Origin: Psammoneis japonica
Lineage: Eukaryota
DNA length: 64,000 nt
Reading direction: 5' to 3'
NCBI GenBank assembly: GCA_008632985.1
Contig: QPGO01000130.1
Coordinates: 62,001-126,000, forward strand
Every line of letters starts with the position of its first letter. The first letter of the stretch is position 1. Made by a program: the position numbers and the translations under genes. The notes beneath the pieces are model-generated. The model was given only the letters and a program-made list of their open reading frames with translations, did no database searches and was not told where the DNA came from. Positions 13,941-26,210 of this stretch are shown here, piece after piece.

Positions 13941-16900
13941 CTAATTCAATGAAAATACATGTGCAGAGCCCGACTCCTCATTCCCATTGCTGTTGCTCCA
14001 TCGAGCACCAACTCCAATCACAGTTCCGTTTGCCACCAAGGACACGGCAAATCCGAATGTGTCGAATGCAGTCTCACCACTCAACTTTTCACCCACCTGA
14101 ATCCATTCACTTGCGTCGGTGTCGTACCGAAAGATCTCAACTTGGCCGACGCTACTCAATCCGTTGACGTGGCGGAAAGAACTCCCAATGGCAACGTCAT
14201 TTCCAGTTCCACTCAAAGACAAGGAACCGAAATTATCGTTCCTTTGCTGACTGCTTAATGTTTGGCCACGCTGTGTCCACGTCCAGCTGGCTGGGTCATA
14301 CTCAAAGACTGAAACTCTTCCTATCCTCATCGTGTCTGCAGGATCGACAGGTGCACCAACCGCAATGACCACACCATCATCACTGAGAGACACCGATCGC
14401 CCAAGCTCACCCCAACTAATCGCACCATTGATTGGATCACCCAACGGCTCCCAATTTGACGCAGTAGAATTATACTCATAAACCAACACCTGGCCAGTTC
14501 TGGTTCCACCAAAATCATTTCCAAACGCTCCAACGCCAACAATTGTTCCCAAGCGATTCAACGAAACAGACCCACCAAAGAAATCCAACTCGACTTTGCC
14601 CAAAAGACGCCCCCCAAGCTGTTCCCATGATGATGTACCACGATTTAATCGAAACAGAAGCACCGACCCAGAAAAGATTCCATTCTGCGTGGTATCGTAA
14701 ATAGCTCCAACGGCAAGTATATCTCCAGCGCCAGCAATAGAAACGGAGTAGCCAAATAATATACCACTAGCTTGTCCGTCAATGCCACTTCCAAGCTGGA
14801 CCCAACTATCTAGGATGTCGTTGTACTCGTACACTTGAACGCGCCCGGCATTCTGACCGGCATTGGCGTTAGACCTGGCTCCTACAGCCAATATAGTGCC
14901 GTTGTCACTTAATGAAAGAGAACCACCAAAGCCATCACCATTGGCTAGTCCAATCAGATCTTGGCCCATCGGCATCCAATTGCTGGTGTTTTGATGAAAT
15001 CTCAAAACTGAAACATAACCGGGACCGGTATTTTGGGCTGCCCCCACCGCCATGACACCGCCGTCACGTGACAAGGAAATTGAGTCTCCGAAATGATCAA
15101 ATGACGCCTTGCCACTAAAGACTTGGCCCTGTGGCTTCCATTCTCCAGGAACAATATTTGCAGGCGCAGGCGTGATTGTTGGGGGCACGGTCGGTCTTCT
15201 AGTTGGAGCAGGGGTGGGCAAAACAGGATTAACGGTGAACATGTATACCGATCCCGAATCCTCGCCATTGACATCACGTCCCACAGCCCCAACTCCCACA
15301 ACTCTCCCGTTTGCCGACAACGAGACCGAGGATCCAAAATTATCGAACTTTCGCTCGCCATCGATGCGGTTTCCGGCCCGCAACCATCGCTTTTTTTCCA
15401 TGTTGTATTGAAAGATTGCAACCTGACCCGCATTTTCGACACTATGTTCACCGTACCAGCGACTTCCAACTGCAAGCACACTACCAGTTCCACTCAAAGC
15501 CACTGATGAACCGAACTGATCATTTCGCTGCAGACTCACAAGAGTTCCGCCACGTTGTGTCCATGACTTCGTCGTGCGATCATACGCATAAACAAACACC
15601 CTTCCAACCAATGTATCGGCAATAGAATCTCCCGGCGCAGCTACCGCAACGACAAATCCGCTGTCGTCAACAGAAACAGAACGCCCGAACCAACCATCGA
15701 GTTCTTGCCCGTTGATTGGGTCACCTAGTGGTTCCCACAACGTCGAAGAATTGAGTTCGTAAACAGAAACCTGACCTGCATTGTTTCTAACCGAGTCATT
15801 GCCAAATGCTCCAATACCAACAATTGTCCCTGAGCGATTCAAGGAAACTGATATACCAAACTGATCATTAGGAGCTTGACCAATAAGCGTCTGTCCAAGC
15901 TGGGTCCACGATGATGTGCTGCGGTTGTATTGAAACACTCGAACGGATCCAGAATTCTCACCCTTGTCTGTGTTCTCCAAATAAGCCCCTACCGCGAGGA
16001 CAGCGCCGCTGTCCGACAGAGAAACGGAAAAACCACTACCATCCCCAGCTGCCTGGCCGACAATGCTATTGCCAAGTTGGACCCAACTATCTGCTGTCTT
16101 GTTGAACTCGTACACTTGCACAACACCTGCACTGTGTCCACCGCTATTCCTTTCGTCTGATCCTACCGCGAGTATCAAGCCATCTCCATTTAATGATACC
16201 GACACTCCAAATGTGCCAAAGACTGTTCTTCCTACCAAATCTTCGCCCACAGTTGTCCACTCCTCCGTGTCAGGGTCGATCCTAAAAACGGAAACATAAC
16301 CGGGACGAGGACCTATGGTTTGCTCTGCTCCCACTGCCACGATGTTACCATCGCGAGAGACGGTGATAGATCCACCAAAATAATCTGATGAAGCCCTGCC
16401 ATTCAGAACTTGTCCGAATGGGCTCCATTCATCGAAAGAAAGTTGAGAAGGAGCAAAAGTGCTGGTAGGGAAGATAGTAGATTGCGGAGATGTCGGAGCT
16501 GGACTCCTTGATGGCACTGCTGTGCCGCTGTCAAAAATGAAAGGAGCTTGAAACACATATACAGATCCTGATTCGTCACCGTTGTCGCGGTTACCAGGTG
16601 CTCCAACTCCGACCAAGGTGCCGTCTCCTGACAACGACAACGACGATCCAAATGCACCAGATTCGGCCTCACCAATTAAGCTTTCACCAAATTGAATCCA
16701 ACTTTTTGTAATGGCATTGTAATTAAAGAGTGTCACCTGGCCTACTTCTGTCAACCTGTTGACATTATTTGCGTTGGCATCATAACGAGGACTTCCAACG
16801 GCCAATACATTTCCATTGCTGCTCAAAGACACGGACAGTCCAAAAAACTCCCCTGGCTGCTGCGAAATAAGGGTTTCACCTCGGCTTGTCCATTCTGACG

Positions 16901-19900
16901 TGGCATGGTCATGGACAAGCACCGAAACTCTTCCGGTATGAGTGTTGGTAAAGCGATATCCGGGTCCGCCGACTGCGATTATCATTCCACTGTCATCAAG
17001 ACACACAGATGAACCAAATCCACCTTCTTCGACTTGTCCATTGGTTGGATCTCCCAGTGGTTCCCATGAGGATGAGGGCAGATCATATTGAAACACCGAC
17101 ACCTGACCCGCGTCATATAGACCGCCCGAATCCTTTCCAGGTGCTCCGATGGCAACAATCGTACCAGAGCTGCTCAAGGAAATGGACTCTCCAAATAAGT
17201 CACCAGGGGCTTCACCAATTAGTGTCTGCCCAAGTTGATTCCATACTCGTTCGCCTCTATTGTATTGAAAGACGCGGACCGAACCAGTGATGAAGCCATT
17301 ATCAGTGTCATCATACAAAGCTCCAACGGCCAGAATGTCGCCCGAATCTGAAAGAGACACAGAAACACCAAACTGATCGTCACCATCTTTCCCATCAATG
17401 TCATTGCCAAGTTGGATCCAACGATCTGACTCATCGACGTACTCGTATTCGTAAACTCGCACATGCCCCGCGTCAAGTCCAGCACTGTCGTTCTCGCGTG
17501 CTCCGATGGCGACAATGGTGCCATTACCGTTCAATGAAAGTGAGCTGCCAAAGGCATCTTGACTGGCTTGGCCAACTAAGTCTTTACCAATGGCCGTCCA
17601 CTCTTGGTTGTCTTGATTCCATTGCAATACCGACACGTAACCGGGATTGGGAGAAGACTGCCCAGCTCCGAATGCCATTACATGGCCGTCACGTGACAAG
17701 GATATGGAGTCTCCAACATGATCAAATGAAGCCTTGCCAGTAAGGACTTGCCCGACTGGTGCCCAGGATGAACGTGTTGGACTTATGGTTGCCCCTGGAG
17801 ACAGCGTAGGAGGCCGAGTAGGCGGCTTAGTAAGTGGGTGCTCATCGGGTGACACGATGAAACTGACGTTCTCACGGGAAGCGAATTGTCCCCCAGCCGC
17901 CAAAAGATTTCCTCCTGTAGATGCACCATAATATATTTCGTAATATCCTCCGCAACAAAGCCCATCACCAAAGGAGTCCTCTATTGTAAACACGCACTTC
18001 GCCCCTTCGGTTATCCCCATGACGGTCATATTGGTCAGAGTGAACGGTGATTCAGTTAGAAGAAGTCCCTTCACAAATGGAACCTCGTCACAAAATAAGG
18101 ATATCGTTGTCTCCATGTAGCTGCCATCCAGCTGAATAGAAATAAAGACGGCCACTGTACCGGATGCCACGAAAAAGGAAAAAATTGACTGAGAAAAGAA
18201 CTCGCCCAGAAGATGCATTTGCGAAGTGTCGATAATGACTGGGGTATCTTCAGTGGCTCCTTCGCCATAATAGACTCGAAAGTTCTCCAAGTCCTGCACA
18301 CTTGACACTGACAACAAACAGAGACTACCTTCAGGAACGACAAACGTTTGAGTTACGTTTGCCCCTTGGAACTCAGTGGCGCCGTAACTTCCTTCCGTCA
18401 CATTTCCGATAGTTACTCCACCGCATTCGAGTAACCAAGCAAGGTATTCAGGGCTGTTGTCGAGGTCGAGAGCGAGTGTCAAAGGGACCGGCGGTCCTGG
18501 AGTGACAGATGGTGCTGCGGAAATAGTCGGAGTTGGTAATGGGGTGGTGGTTGTACCCTCTAGTTGAAACACCCGAACTTGCCCTTCGTCAGGCTGCTCG
18601 TTATTGTGACGCGGTGCGCCTATGGCCACGCGACTTCCATTGTGCGAAAGGCTTATGGTTCGTCCCGAATGGTCCCAATCAGAGGCCCCTTCAATCGGTG
18701 TCCCAATTGTTGTCCAAGTTTCTCCACGCAACTCGTACAGCCTCACAACACCACGGCCCTTGAGGTCACCGTTGAGTGATTCGGCCAAGACAGACACAGC
18801 TAACCGCGTACCATCTCGAGCAAGTCTTGAAACAATGGGATACTTTTCAGACTGCAAGCCGGCACCGATGGCAAATTGCCCTTCGTGATTATCCACTAGC
18901 TCCAGCCCAAACTGAAAAATGTTGACGGTGTTTCCTATTTGGATCCATTCGTTCCTGGACTCTGCGTACCGATATACTTTCACATTTCCGTCGTTGTCTC
19001 CCAAAGTGAAAATGTCCTCACTTGAGCCTTGGAAATTTGAACTAACTGCAATCATTGTGCCGTCGGCCGAGATAGACACTCCAGATCCGGCCTGTTCTCC
19101 TTGCTCACCCAAAGTGTCTTCGCCTTCTCCAACATCTCCTTCGATATCTTGTCCTAGTTTTATCCACGAATCAGTTTCTTCTTGATACTCAAACACTCTG
19201 ACGTGCCCAGTATAAACGGCCCATTCGACACCAGCCTTTCCCAGATTATCCGGAGCGCCAATGACTATTCTATATCCATCTGCGCTGAGATCCACACTAG
19301 TGCCGAATTTGTCTCGCCGCGCTTCACCTACAAAATCAGTAGATCCCAGGTCTTTCCATCGAGATGAGGTACTGTCAAATATGAGTACCAAAACATAATT
19401 GCCTCGTGAAGATCCAACGGCAAGAATGTTTCCATCTTCGGAGAGTGCCATAGAACTACTGTCATAGCCGTCGAGGGGAAGTGGTACACTTTCATCGTCT
19501 CGGTATTCGAAATCGTCATCATATTCATTGGGGCGTTCATAAACGTCATCGTCGGGAGGCCTGAACCCACCGATCATGTCGCCTTTTGATTTTCCGAATA
19601 TCGGTTCACCTTTAGGATCCCATGCCCCCGGAGAAACTTCTGAGTAAACTTGGACCATTCCTGCTTTTTCGTGCTTTTCGCTGTTATGTGGGACGCCAAT
19701 TGCCAAGACGGTGCCGCTGTCAGATAAAACGATGTGGTCAACAAAACCCGATGGTACTAGGATTTCCCCAGACTGTATCCATAAGTCATCTTCAACACTA
19801 AAGTCGAACACCTGAACTTTCTTATGGTATGGAGAAGCAGCCACCAACCGATTTCCATCTGAAGAGAGCTCTACAGCCCACCCAAAGTACCGTTGCCCTC

Positions 19901-21370
19901 GTGGTCCAGATTCAATTGGGTCATCATTGTTTACAATGGTTTGACCGATTTGTTCAAGGACCAATCTTGTGGGTGCCGGTGTAGCTGCAGGAGGAGCAGT
20001 TTCTTCTGGACCAAACGCAGAAGAAGGTGGCTCATCGTTATCACTTCCTGACTTGACGGCAAACGCAACGGAAATAATGACGCCACCAACGAGGAAAATC
20101 AACCCGATAAGGATGATGCGACTTTTTCTTGATTTAAAGACATCCCACCATTTTGCTTGAGTAGCTACAGCAATGGAGCCACCGCCGTCACTTTGATTTC
20201 GGGGGTCGGAAGCCACGGACTGGCCATGAACCGGCGTGGCGGTCGGCAAAACTTCTGGCGCGGGTGGTTCTTGATGCTGCACTGTGACGGGCGCCTCGTA
20301 ATCATGGAGTGGGGGCGAATCAGTACCTTGTTCTCTCAATGGTGCTTGTAGAACGACATCATCAAGTGCATCCGCGTTATTTGCGCCATTCCCTTTACTT
20401 TCCCTCCAACGGCTACGAGCATCGGCTGCTTGATTCTCAGTAGAGGAGGGCTCGACGGGGCTTGAATCTTTGTTTGCTTTCCATCTATTCCTCGCACTGT
20501 GCCCGGTATTTTCTCGGGAAAAGAGGGCGTCAGCGGCTGCAGCTTTACGCGAAAGCCAGTTCTTTCTTGCACCATTTTCGCACGTTCTATTTTCGACCAA
20601 CTGATCGGGAGAATGGTCTTGAGGTGTTTCCTTGTCTTTGCTGCTCGAGAGTTTCTTGTGTCACTTCCGTAGATTGTATTACTATTTGGCGCTTCTCTTC
20701 GCGTACCACTCTCGCGTTGACGTTCTTTCTTGTCATTGATGGTTCGAGGGTTCCTTGCGCTATTTCCGTAGATGGTACTCCTTGGCACTTCTCTTAAGGT
20801 ACCACTCTCGCGTTGACGTTCTTTCTTGTCTTTGACTGTTTGGGGGTTTCGAGCGCTATTGCCATAGATGGTACTCGTTGGCGCTTCTCTTAAGGTACCA
20901 CTCTCGCGTTGACGTTCTTTCCTGTCATTGATTGTTTGGGGGTTTCGTGCGCTATTACCGTAGATGGTACTCGTTGGCATTTCGCTAAAGGTACCACTCT
21001 CGCATTGACGTTCTTTCTTGTCTTTGATTGTTTGGGGGGTTCTTGCGCCATTACCATAGATGGTACTCGTTGGCACTTCTCTTAAGGTACCACTCTCGCG
21101 TTTATGTTCTTTCTTGTCCTTGAATGTTTGGGGGTTTCTTGCTCTATTTCCATAGATGGTGCTCGTAGGCCTCAAAGTACCACCCTCGCGTTGTTTCTTC
21201 TTTTCTCCGGATGTCACCTTTGTCTCCTCCTCCGAGAGAACGATTGGAGGCAGAGTCATTGGAGATAATTCTGGATGCTCATCACTGTGCGCTCTGTCGT
21301 CGCTTGTCAGTGATTGACGTGGCATTGGTGGTTGGGTGGGTTCATCGGCTTCGGCCTTGCCACGGACCAT
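13941..21370 (-). CDS. Large type II membrane protein with four FG-GAP/integrin-alpha-like beta-propellers (~2470 aa; one-base frameshift at ~20640)
   Basis: 2219-aa ORF with about 28 repeats of FG.SVSLS..G..(L/V)A(V/I)GA..G.V.V(Y/F)...W..G; TM helix IILIGLIFLVGGVIISVAFAV; PT-rich linkers; DSFGDGLCC module. The upstream ORF 20336..21370 joins if one base is restored in the repeat (GCA GC AAA GAC AAG vs consensus ACA ATC AAA GAC AAG). Confidence 0.85.
20645..21195 (-). repeat. Coding tandem repeat, ~96-bp/32-aa unit, about 5-6 copies
   Basis: RESGTLRE.PTSTIYGN.ARNPQT.KDKKERQ repeated. Confidence 0.9.
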
Positions 21371-21809
21371 TCTGTCAATATGAACACGTTGTTGTTATTC
21401 GGTTCCTTCCAAAAACTTCGCTGGAATAACGCTGAATAGCTCAACGACGAAAGAATTCAAATGCCTGGACCCTCACAGCGAGTATGCAATCAAACGCCAG
21501 CTACAGGAAGAAGGAAGAAGGAAGAAGGCAGTGAGTGATGAATGAGAGCGACAAAAAGATACGAACGCGAAAACAGAAGATCAGCGTTTTATGCTCGAGA
21601 TATTCTGACCGTTATATAACCGTTGATAGAAAGGAGCTGGCGTTGTCGTGAACGACGGTGTACTGTAAATGCAGTACAGTACCGTACCGTACGTATGACA
21701 TCGAAGCAAGACTGAATTTCACAGTCATGAGCGTTAAATTTAGAGATAAAAGAAGTTCGTTCCTGTCCGTTGAGAAAGGGGGAGTGTTTGGCCCGCGCAT
21801 CACCTCCAA

Positions 21810-23200
21810 TGCAATCCCTCCGCACCGGCACTCTCGAGAGGAGTGTGTGTCACAGCCACCATCAATTTTCAGGTGGAATGATGAGACTCAAGAACTGCTG
21901 GAAATTCCTCGAGCAGAGCTTGCAGCACTGCCTGGTGGTTTTGCACTGCTGCAGCTCACTGGTCTCTTTTCCCATGAGCACACATGTTTTTGTGCACTGT
22001 GTTCACACCATGCAAAATGGTGTGAATGACAAACGCCAGATGCAACATGACAACATGTTGTCTGTTTGTCAATGATTGGTGACAAGCTAATTTTCGCACA
22101 GTTTGCTCCTTTCTGTGCAGCATCATCACAGAAATGAGCTCTTTTTCACTCTGCATTCTTTGGCTTGCAACAACAACAGAAAATTGTTTTTTTTTGCGCA
22201 CTTGCTGTCTCGCGCAACAACAACAAAACACTCTGTTTGCTTTGGCGGTGCTGTGCAATGGGAGCCCTCTTTGGTTTCATGAAAGAGAAAAATTTCTTGC
22301 TTGTTCTCTTTTGCACCATGTTTCCCTCCTGCCTCAACTCGCTGTGCCATTTTGTGGGCTGGTGTGGTGTCAGAGTTCGTGGCTGTTGCAGTGTGCTGTT
22401 GCTCAAAGACCAAAAGCAAAAAAAACATGATTGCAAAAGTCACCGAGGCACCTGAGTTTCACACCACAAAGATGCAACATTTTTTCCAAAAAATGATGTT
22501 TGACTTGATGAAACATCCGTCAACTGGGGTTTCATGATCTCAACTTTTCCAGCAAGAACAAAAACAAGTGTGCCAATTTTTCATTGGAGCAAAGAGGGTT
22601 GAGCACCATGCAGAGTCAAGGGGGTGCCCTGCTTTGTGGAAACACAACAAACATGGCAGACAAAAGTGGAAACTTGTTTGGCAAAAGCCAATGCTTGAAC
22701 CATCATGTTTTGGCCATGGTTGATGAAGTGCACAGGAACAAAAGTTGGCAGTTCAATGAGAAGTCTGGCAACCTGTTCTGCGCACTCTAAAACAGTGCAA
22801 AAAATTGAAGAGGCAAAGGAGTGGGGAAGGCTGCCATGAAGGAGAAACAGGATCAGCATGTGCAATCGCTGCTGCTTGGTTCAAAAACAACAACATCTCA
22901 AACAAATGGCAAAAGAAATTAGAGACACAATGTGAGAGGGATCCAACCTGACACAATAAAATGTGTGCAGCAACTCATGTTTGTTCCAGACATCATCCAA
23001 AAAAGTGAGCAGACCTCTGCAGAGATCTGTTCAGAGAAACGTCCAGATGTCCACATGTCAATGAGTGTGGCCAAGAGAGCAGGGGCTGCTGACAATTGCC
23101 GGTGTGACCCAAATGTCGGTGGCAGAGCACAACTCACACCATGACCTCAACAATGCCATTTTTGCTTGGTTTCTATGTTGTCAAGCTTGCAAAGATGGTT
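21810..23200. mobile_element. Unclassified degenerate TA/CG-depleted repeat tract
   Basis: Abrupt loss of TA and CG relative to both flanks; fragmentary ORFs. Confidence 0.5.
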
Positions 23201-23633
23201 GCATCTAGCACTGCGATGCTACAAAGATGTACAAGACCGCATTCATAACATCTGGTGTAGACGCCACCTGTTGGTTCAGGCAGAAGAGGCGTCAAGGGGA
23301 CGTGGAGACGTGCAATGGTTAACCAGTTTTGGAGGCGACGGCGGCGAAGCAAATGGAAAAAGCTTTCGACCAGTTTAATGTACGTTTGAAATAAAAAAGA
23401 AAGTGCAGCACTTCTATAGCTACGCAATGCAACCGATGGGTAAAGAAGCACAGCCTTGGCGGGAACTGATGACCTGACACATCGTCTTCTCCAATGCCCT
23501 TGTCTCTTTCTACCGCCAAAGACTGATTCAATGCTGCTTCAAGGTGTGGCTGAATCATGTCAGGCATAAGACTACCGCCACGAGAAAGATCGCCAGTGAC
23601 AACACCCCGTACTTCCCTCTTTAGCTTTATCCT

Positions 23634-24680
23634 TCACCGATGCCCTCGCCAATTAAAGTTTGCGTGACACTTGATGCAGTGCATGTGCGCACAGCCTCCA
23701 TTCTTGGTGATGGGTGCCTTGCAATTCGGACAAGGCAACGTTCGCCCCGCTTTTCCCTCGCGCTCCATCAACTCGTTGAATTTCTCGTCGGCTTGACTAT
23801 TTTCCTTTTGCCACTGTTCAAACTTGTGTCGCTCTCGTGCTTCTTTTTGGAGCTGTTCCAGTCGTTCCACACAAGTCATGTTTGGATGCGCAGGTCCAAC
23901 TTTTCCGCCATTGGCCCCACAATGTAAACAATACGACGCCTTGCACTGTGGACAACTAAAGTGACGACCCTCGACCCCCCTTCCAGGCGTAAACGCAAAG
24001 ATGTAATTGCAACGTTCCGCGGGACATCTTCGTGTATCCGAATTGTCGTTACCAGCTTCCGATTCCAGCAGCTGCATTGCAGCGAGGTCGGCAAACTGCT
24101 GAAATTCCAAGGGACACCCTCGCAACACGAATCGGATATCCATCATGGAAAGTGTGCTGTTGCATTTGTCCTCAGGACAACGAATATCCGTAGATTTGGC
24201 ATTCATCGAAGCCTTGATTAAATCAATGATACAAGCCACACAAAAACGGTGATTACACGTTTCAAGGTTGTAACCATGGCACGATGGAACTTGATCTTCT
24301 AGACAAATTCCACAAGAAAAGTGACTCTTCTTCTTCTTTTTTGCCACTGGCCGAAAGCTGGAGGAATAACTCTGAGTAACGCCGGATGCAAGAGCCACAG
24401 CAAGCGCGTGGTCACTGCTTGTAGAAGAGGTAGAATAATGCTTCGAAGTGGATGATGGCATTTTTGCGACCCTTGCAGTCGAAACAGCTGTTGCTGCGTC
24501 TAATGGTGGTGGTGCCTTTGCTACTTTCACCACTTCTACCACATCATCCTCTCTACTATCAATCCTGTGCTTTAGTTTTTTGTGGGAACGTTCGCATGGC
24601 GACGTTGTCTTTTCCTCGTCACTCTGTGTCAAGTCAACGACCGATGAATTCTCTGCTGCGGGTGTTTTCAAGGTTGACAT
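23634..24680 (-). CDS. RBR (RING1-IBR-RING2) E3 ubiquitin ligase
   Basis: RING1 CGICLE..CNHRFCVAC..CPEDKC; IBR CPAERC..CPQCKASYCLHC..H..C; Rcat CPNCKAPITKNGGCAHMHC. Confidence 0.92.
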   Translation of the reverse strand: MSTLKTPAAENSSVVDLTQSDEEKTTSPCERSHKKLKHRIDSREDDVVEVVKVAKAPPPLDAATAVSTARVAKMPSSTSKHYSTSSTSSDHALAVALASGVTQSYSSSFRPVAKKKKKSHFSCGICLEDQVPSCHGYNLETCNHRFCVACIIDLIKASMNAKSTDIRCPEDKCNSTLSMMDIRFVLRGCPLEFQQFADLAAMQLLESEAGNDNSDTRRCPAERCNYIFAFTPGRGVEGRHFSCPQCKASYCLHCGANGGKVGPAHPNMTCVERLEQLQKEARERHKFEQWQKENSQADEKFNELMEREGKAGRTLPCPNCKAPITKNGGCAHMHCIKCHANFNWRGHR

Positions 24681-25134
24681 GTTGTGTTCCTGAAAGAAAA
24701 CTGAGCGTCGTATGCTGTACTTTTTAGAAGCGGACCAACACTTCTTGACTTCTTATTGTCAGTTCCGCAGTTTTGGGTTTCAAGTTCCAAGTTCTTTTCC
24801 GCCGCAAGCCTTTGGCAACTTGGCGCCGCGTTTGAAAACGACGTCTGTTGCACCCTCCGTTTCTACGCATAGTCTACCTGGTAGAAGTACCATACGTACC
24901 GGTAATAGCACAGCCAGTCCCGCACACGACTCGACGGCACGAATAGACTGTCAGTACAAAAACATGTAGAAACGTACAGTACAGACAGACGGCCATTGCG
25001 TTTCTGTTGCAGCTAGCTTTCAGCTTTGTGATTTTCAAGTTGACAAGTCGAACGCCGGCGTGAACGTGTTTGTTTGCCCCACTTTACACTTTACCTCCTG
25101 TCCGCGTATCTCCACAACTGGACTACGCTTCGAA

Positions 25135-25563
25135 ATGGCATCCTCACTTGATGGTGAAACTGACAAAGTCGAAAAATTGCTAGACAAATTTCATAAAGCT
25201 GCGTCGGAAAGCAACTTGGAAGAGTACATGAGCTGTTTCTCCCAGAATGGCAGGTTTCTTGGGACAGACAACGAGGAGAATTGGAGCGCGTCCGAGTTTC
25301 GAGCCTATGCTGAACCAGTGTTTCAAAAGAAACAGGGATGGGTGTATTGCTGCAGACGGCGCCGTGTCGATATTTTTCAGTCAAGTGCCATTGCGATTTT
25401 TGACGAAGATTTGACGAGTCCAACGTGGGGCAACGCGAGAGGTACCGGCTCGATCATACTCGAAAATGACGAATGGAAAATCCTGCAGTATCACTTGTCT
25501 TTTGCTGTCCCAAATAGTCTCGCACGCCAAGTCACAGATATTGTCAAGAGTAAAGGGGTGTAA
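25135..25563 (+). CDS. SnoaL-like / NTF2-fold protein (bacterial-type)
   Basis: LLDKFHKAAS...FLGTD.EENW...EFRAYAEP.F...GW.Y...FDEDL...RGTG...WKILQYHLSF.VPN; intronless. Confidence 0.85.
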   Translation: MASSLDGETDKVEKLLDKFHKAASESNLEEYMSCFSQNGRFLGTDNEENWSASEFRAYAEPVFQKKQGWVYCCRRRRVDIFQSSAIAIFDEDLTSPTWGNARGTGSIILENDEWKILQYHLSFAVPNSLARQVTDIVKSKGV

Positions 25564-25596
25564 TAAGGTGGGAATTGTAAGGGGGGATTTCTCACG

Positions 25597-25810
25597 AAGT
25601 GGTCTATGAGAGGTTTGATCAAGTTGGTTACAAAAGGCGGCTGCAAATACATCGGCCCAGCATCAACAAAAATATTGCCCCCGGCCTCAAGAAGACCTAG
25701 AGTGTATCGCCAAACGTAGTGTTGTCAGCCAAGGGGGCGTGCAAGTAGCGGAGTTGATTCCACAATGACTTGAGCCTCGCAACTTAACAGCATGGTCCTT
25801 TTGACTCAAT
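25597..25810 (-). pseudogene. Degenerate partial duplicate of the COR region of the adjacent ROCO gene
   Basis: gtggtctatgagagg.tgatcaagt.ggttacaaa...aacgtagtgttgtcagccaagggggcgtgcaag aligns to ~27890-28090. Confidence 0.8.
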
Positions 25811-26210
25811 TTCGCCATTTGTAGTCTCCATATTCCCAACTTGCTGCGCCGAAGAGTTTCCACGGCTCTCGTCATGACTTTGGACTAGCGTCCCGACACT
25901 TGATAACCTGGGCTTCGACTTTTCCAAAGCTTTGGCAGTACAAGCCGCTCCGGAATGGCAAATCCTTCAATATGCCGATCAATAGTTTCTTTAGACACTG
26001 CATCTACAAGTAGAAACGTTGAAAGGTGTCAGATGCTTTCATTAAGCTCTTTCTCTTTTCATCCTCTAGAGTGTTTTAAGTAAAGCTCATAAGCTTGCTC
26101 TAGAGTGAGAGAGGAACAGGTGTCGATCAGTCGATACATCATTTTAGCGTTGCCACGTATCCGCCCTGCAATGCCAGCGTATCAGATTAGCCACACCTTA
26201 GCACTGCCAA

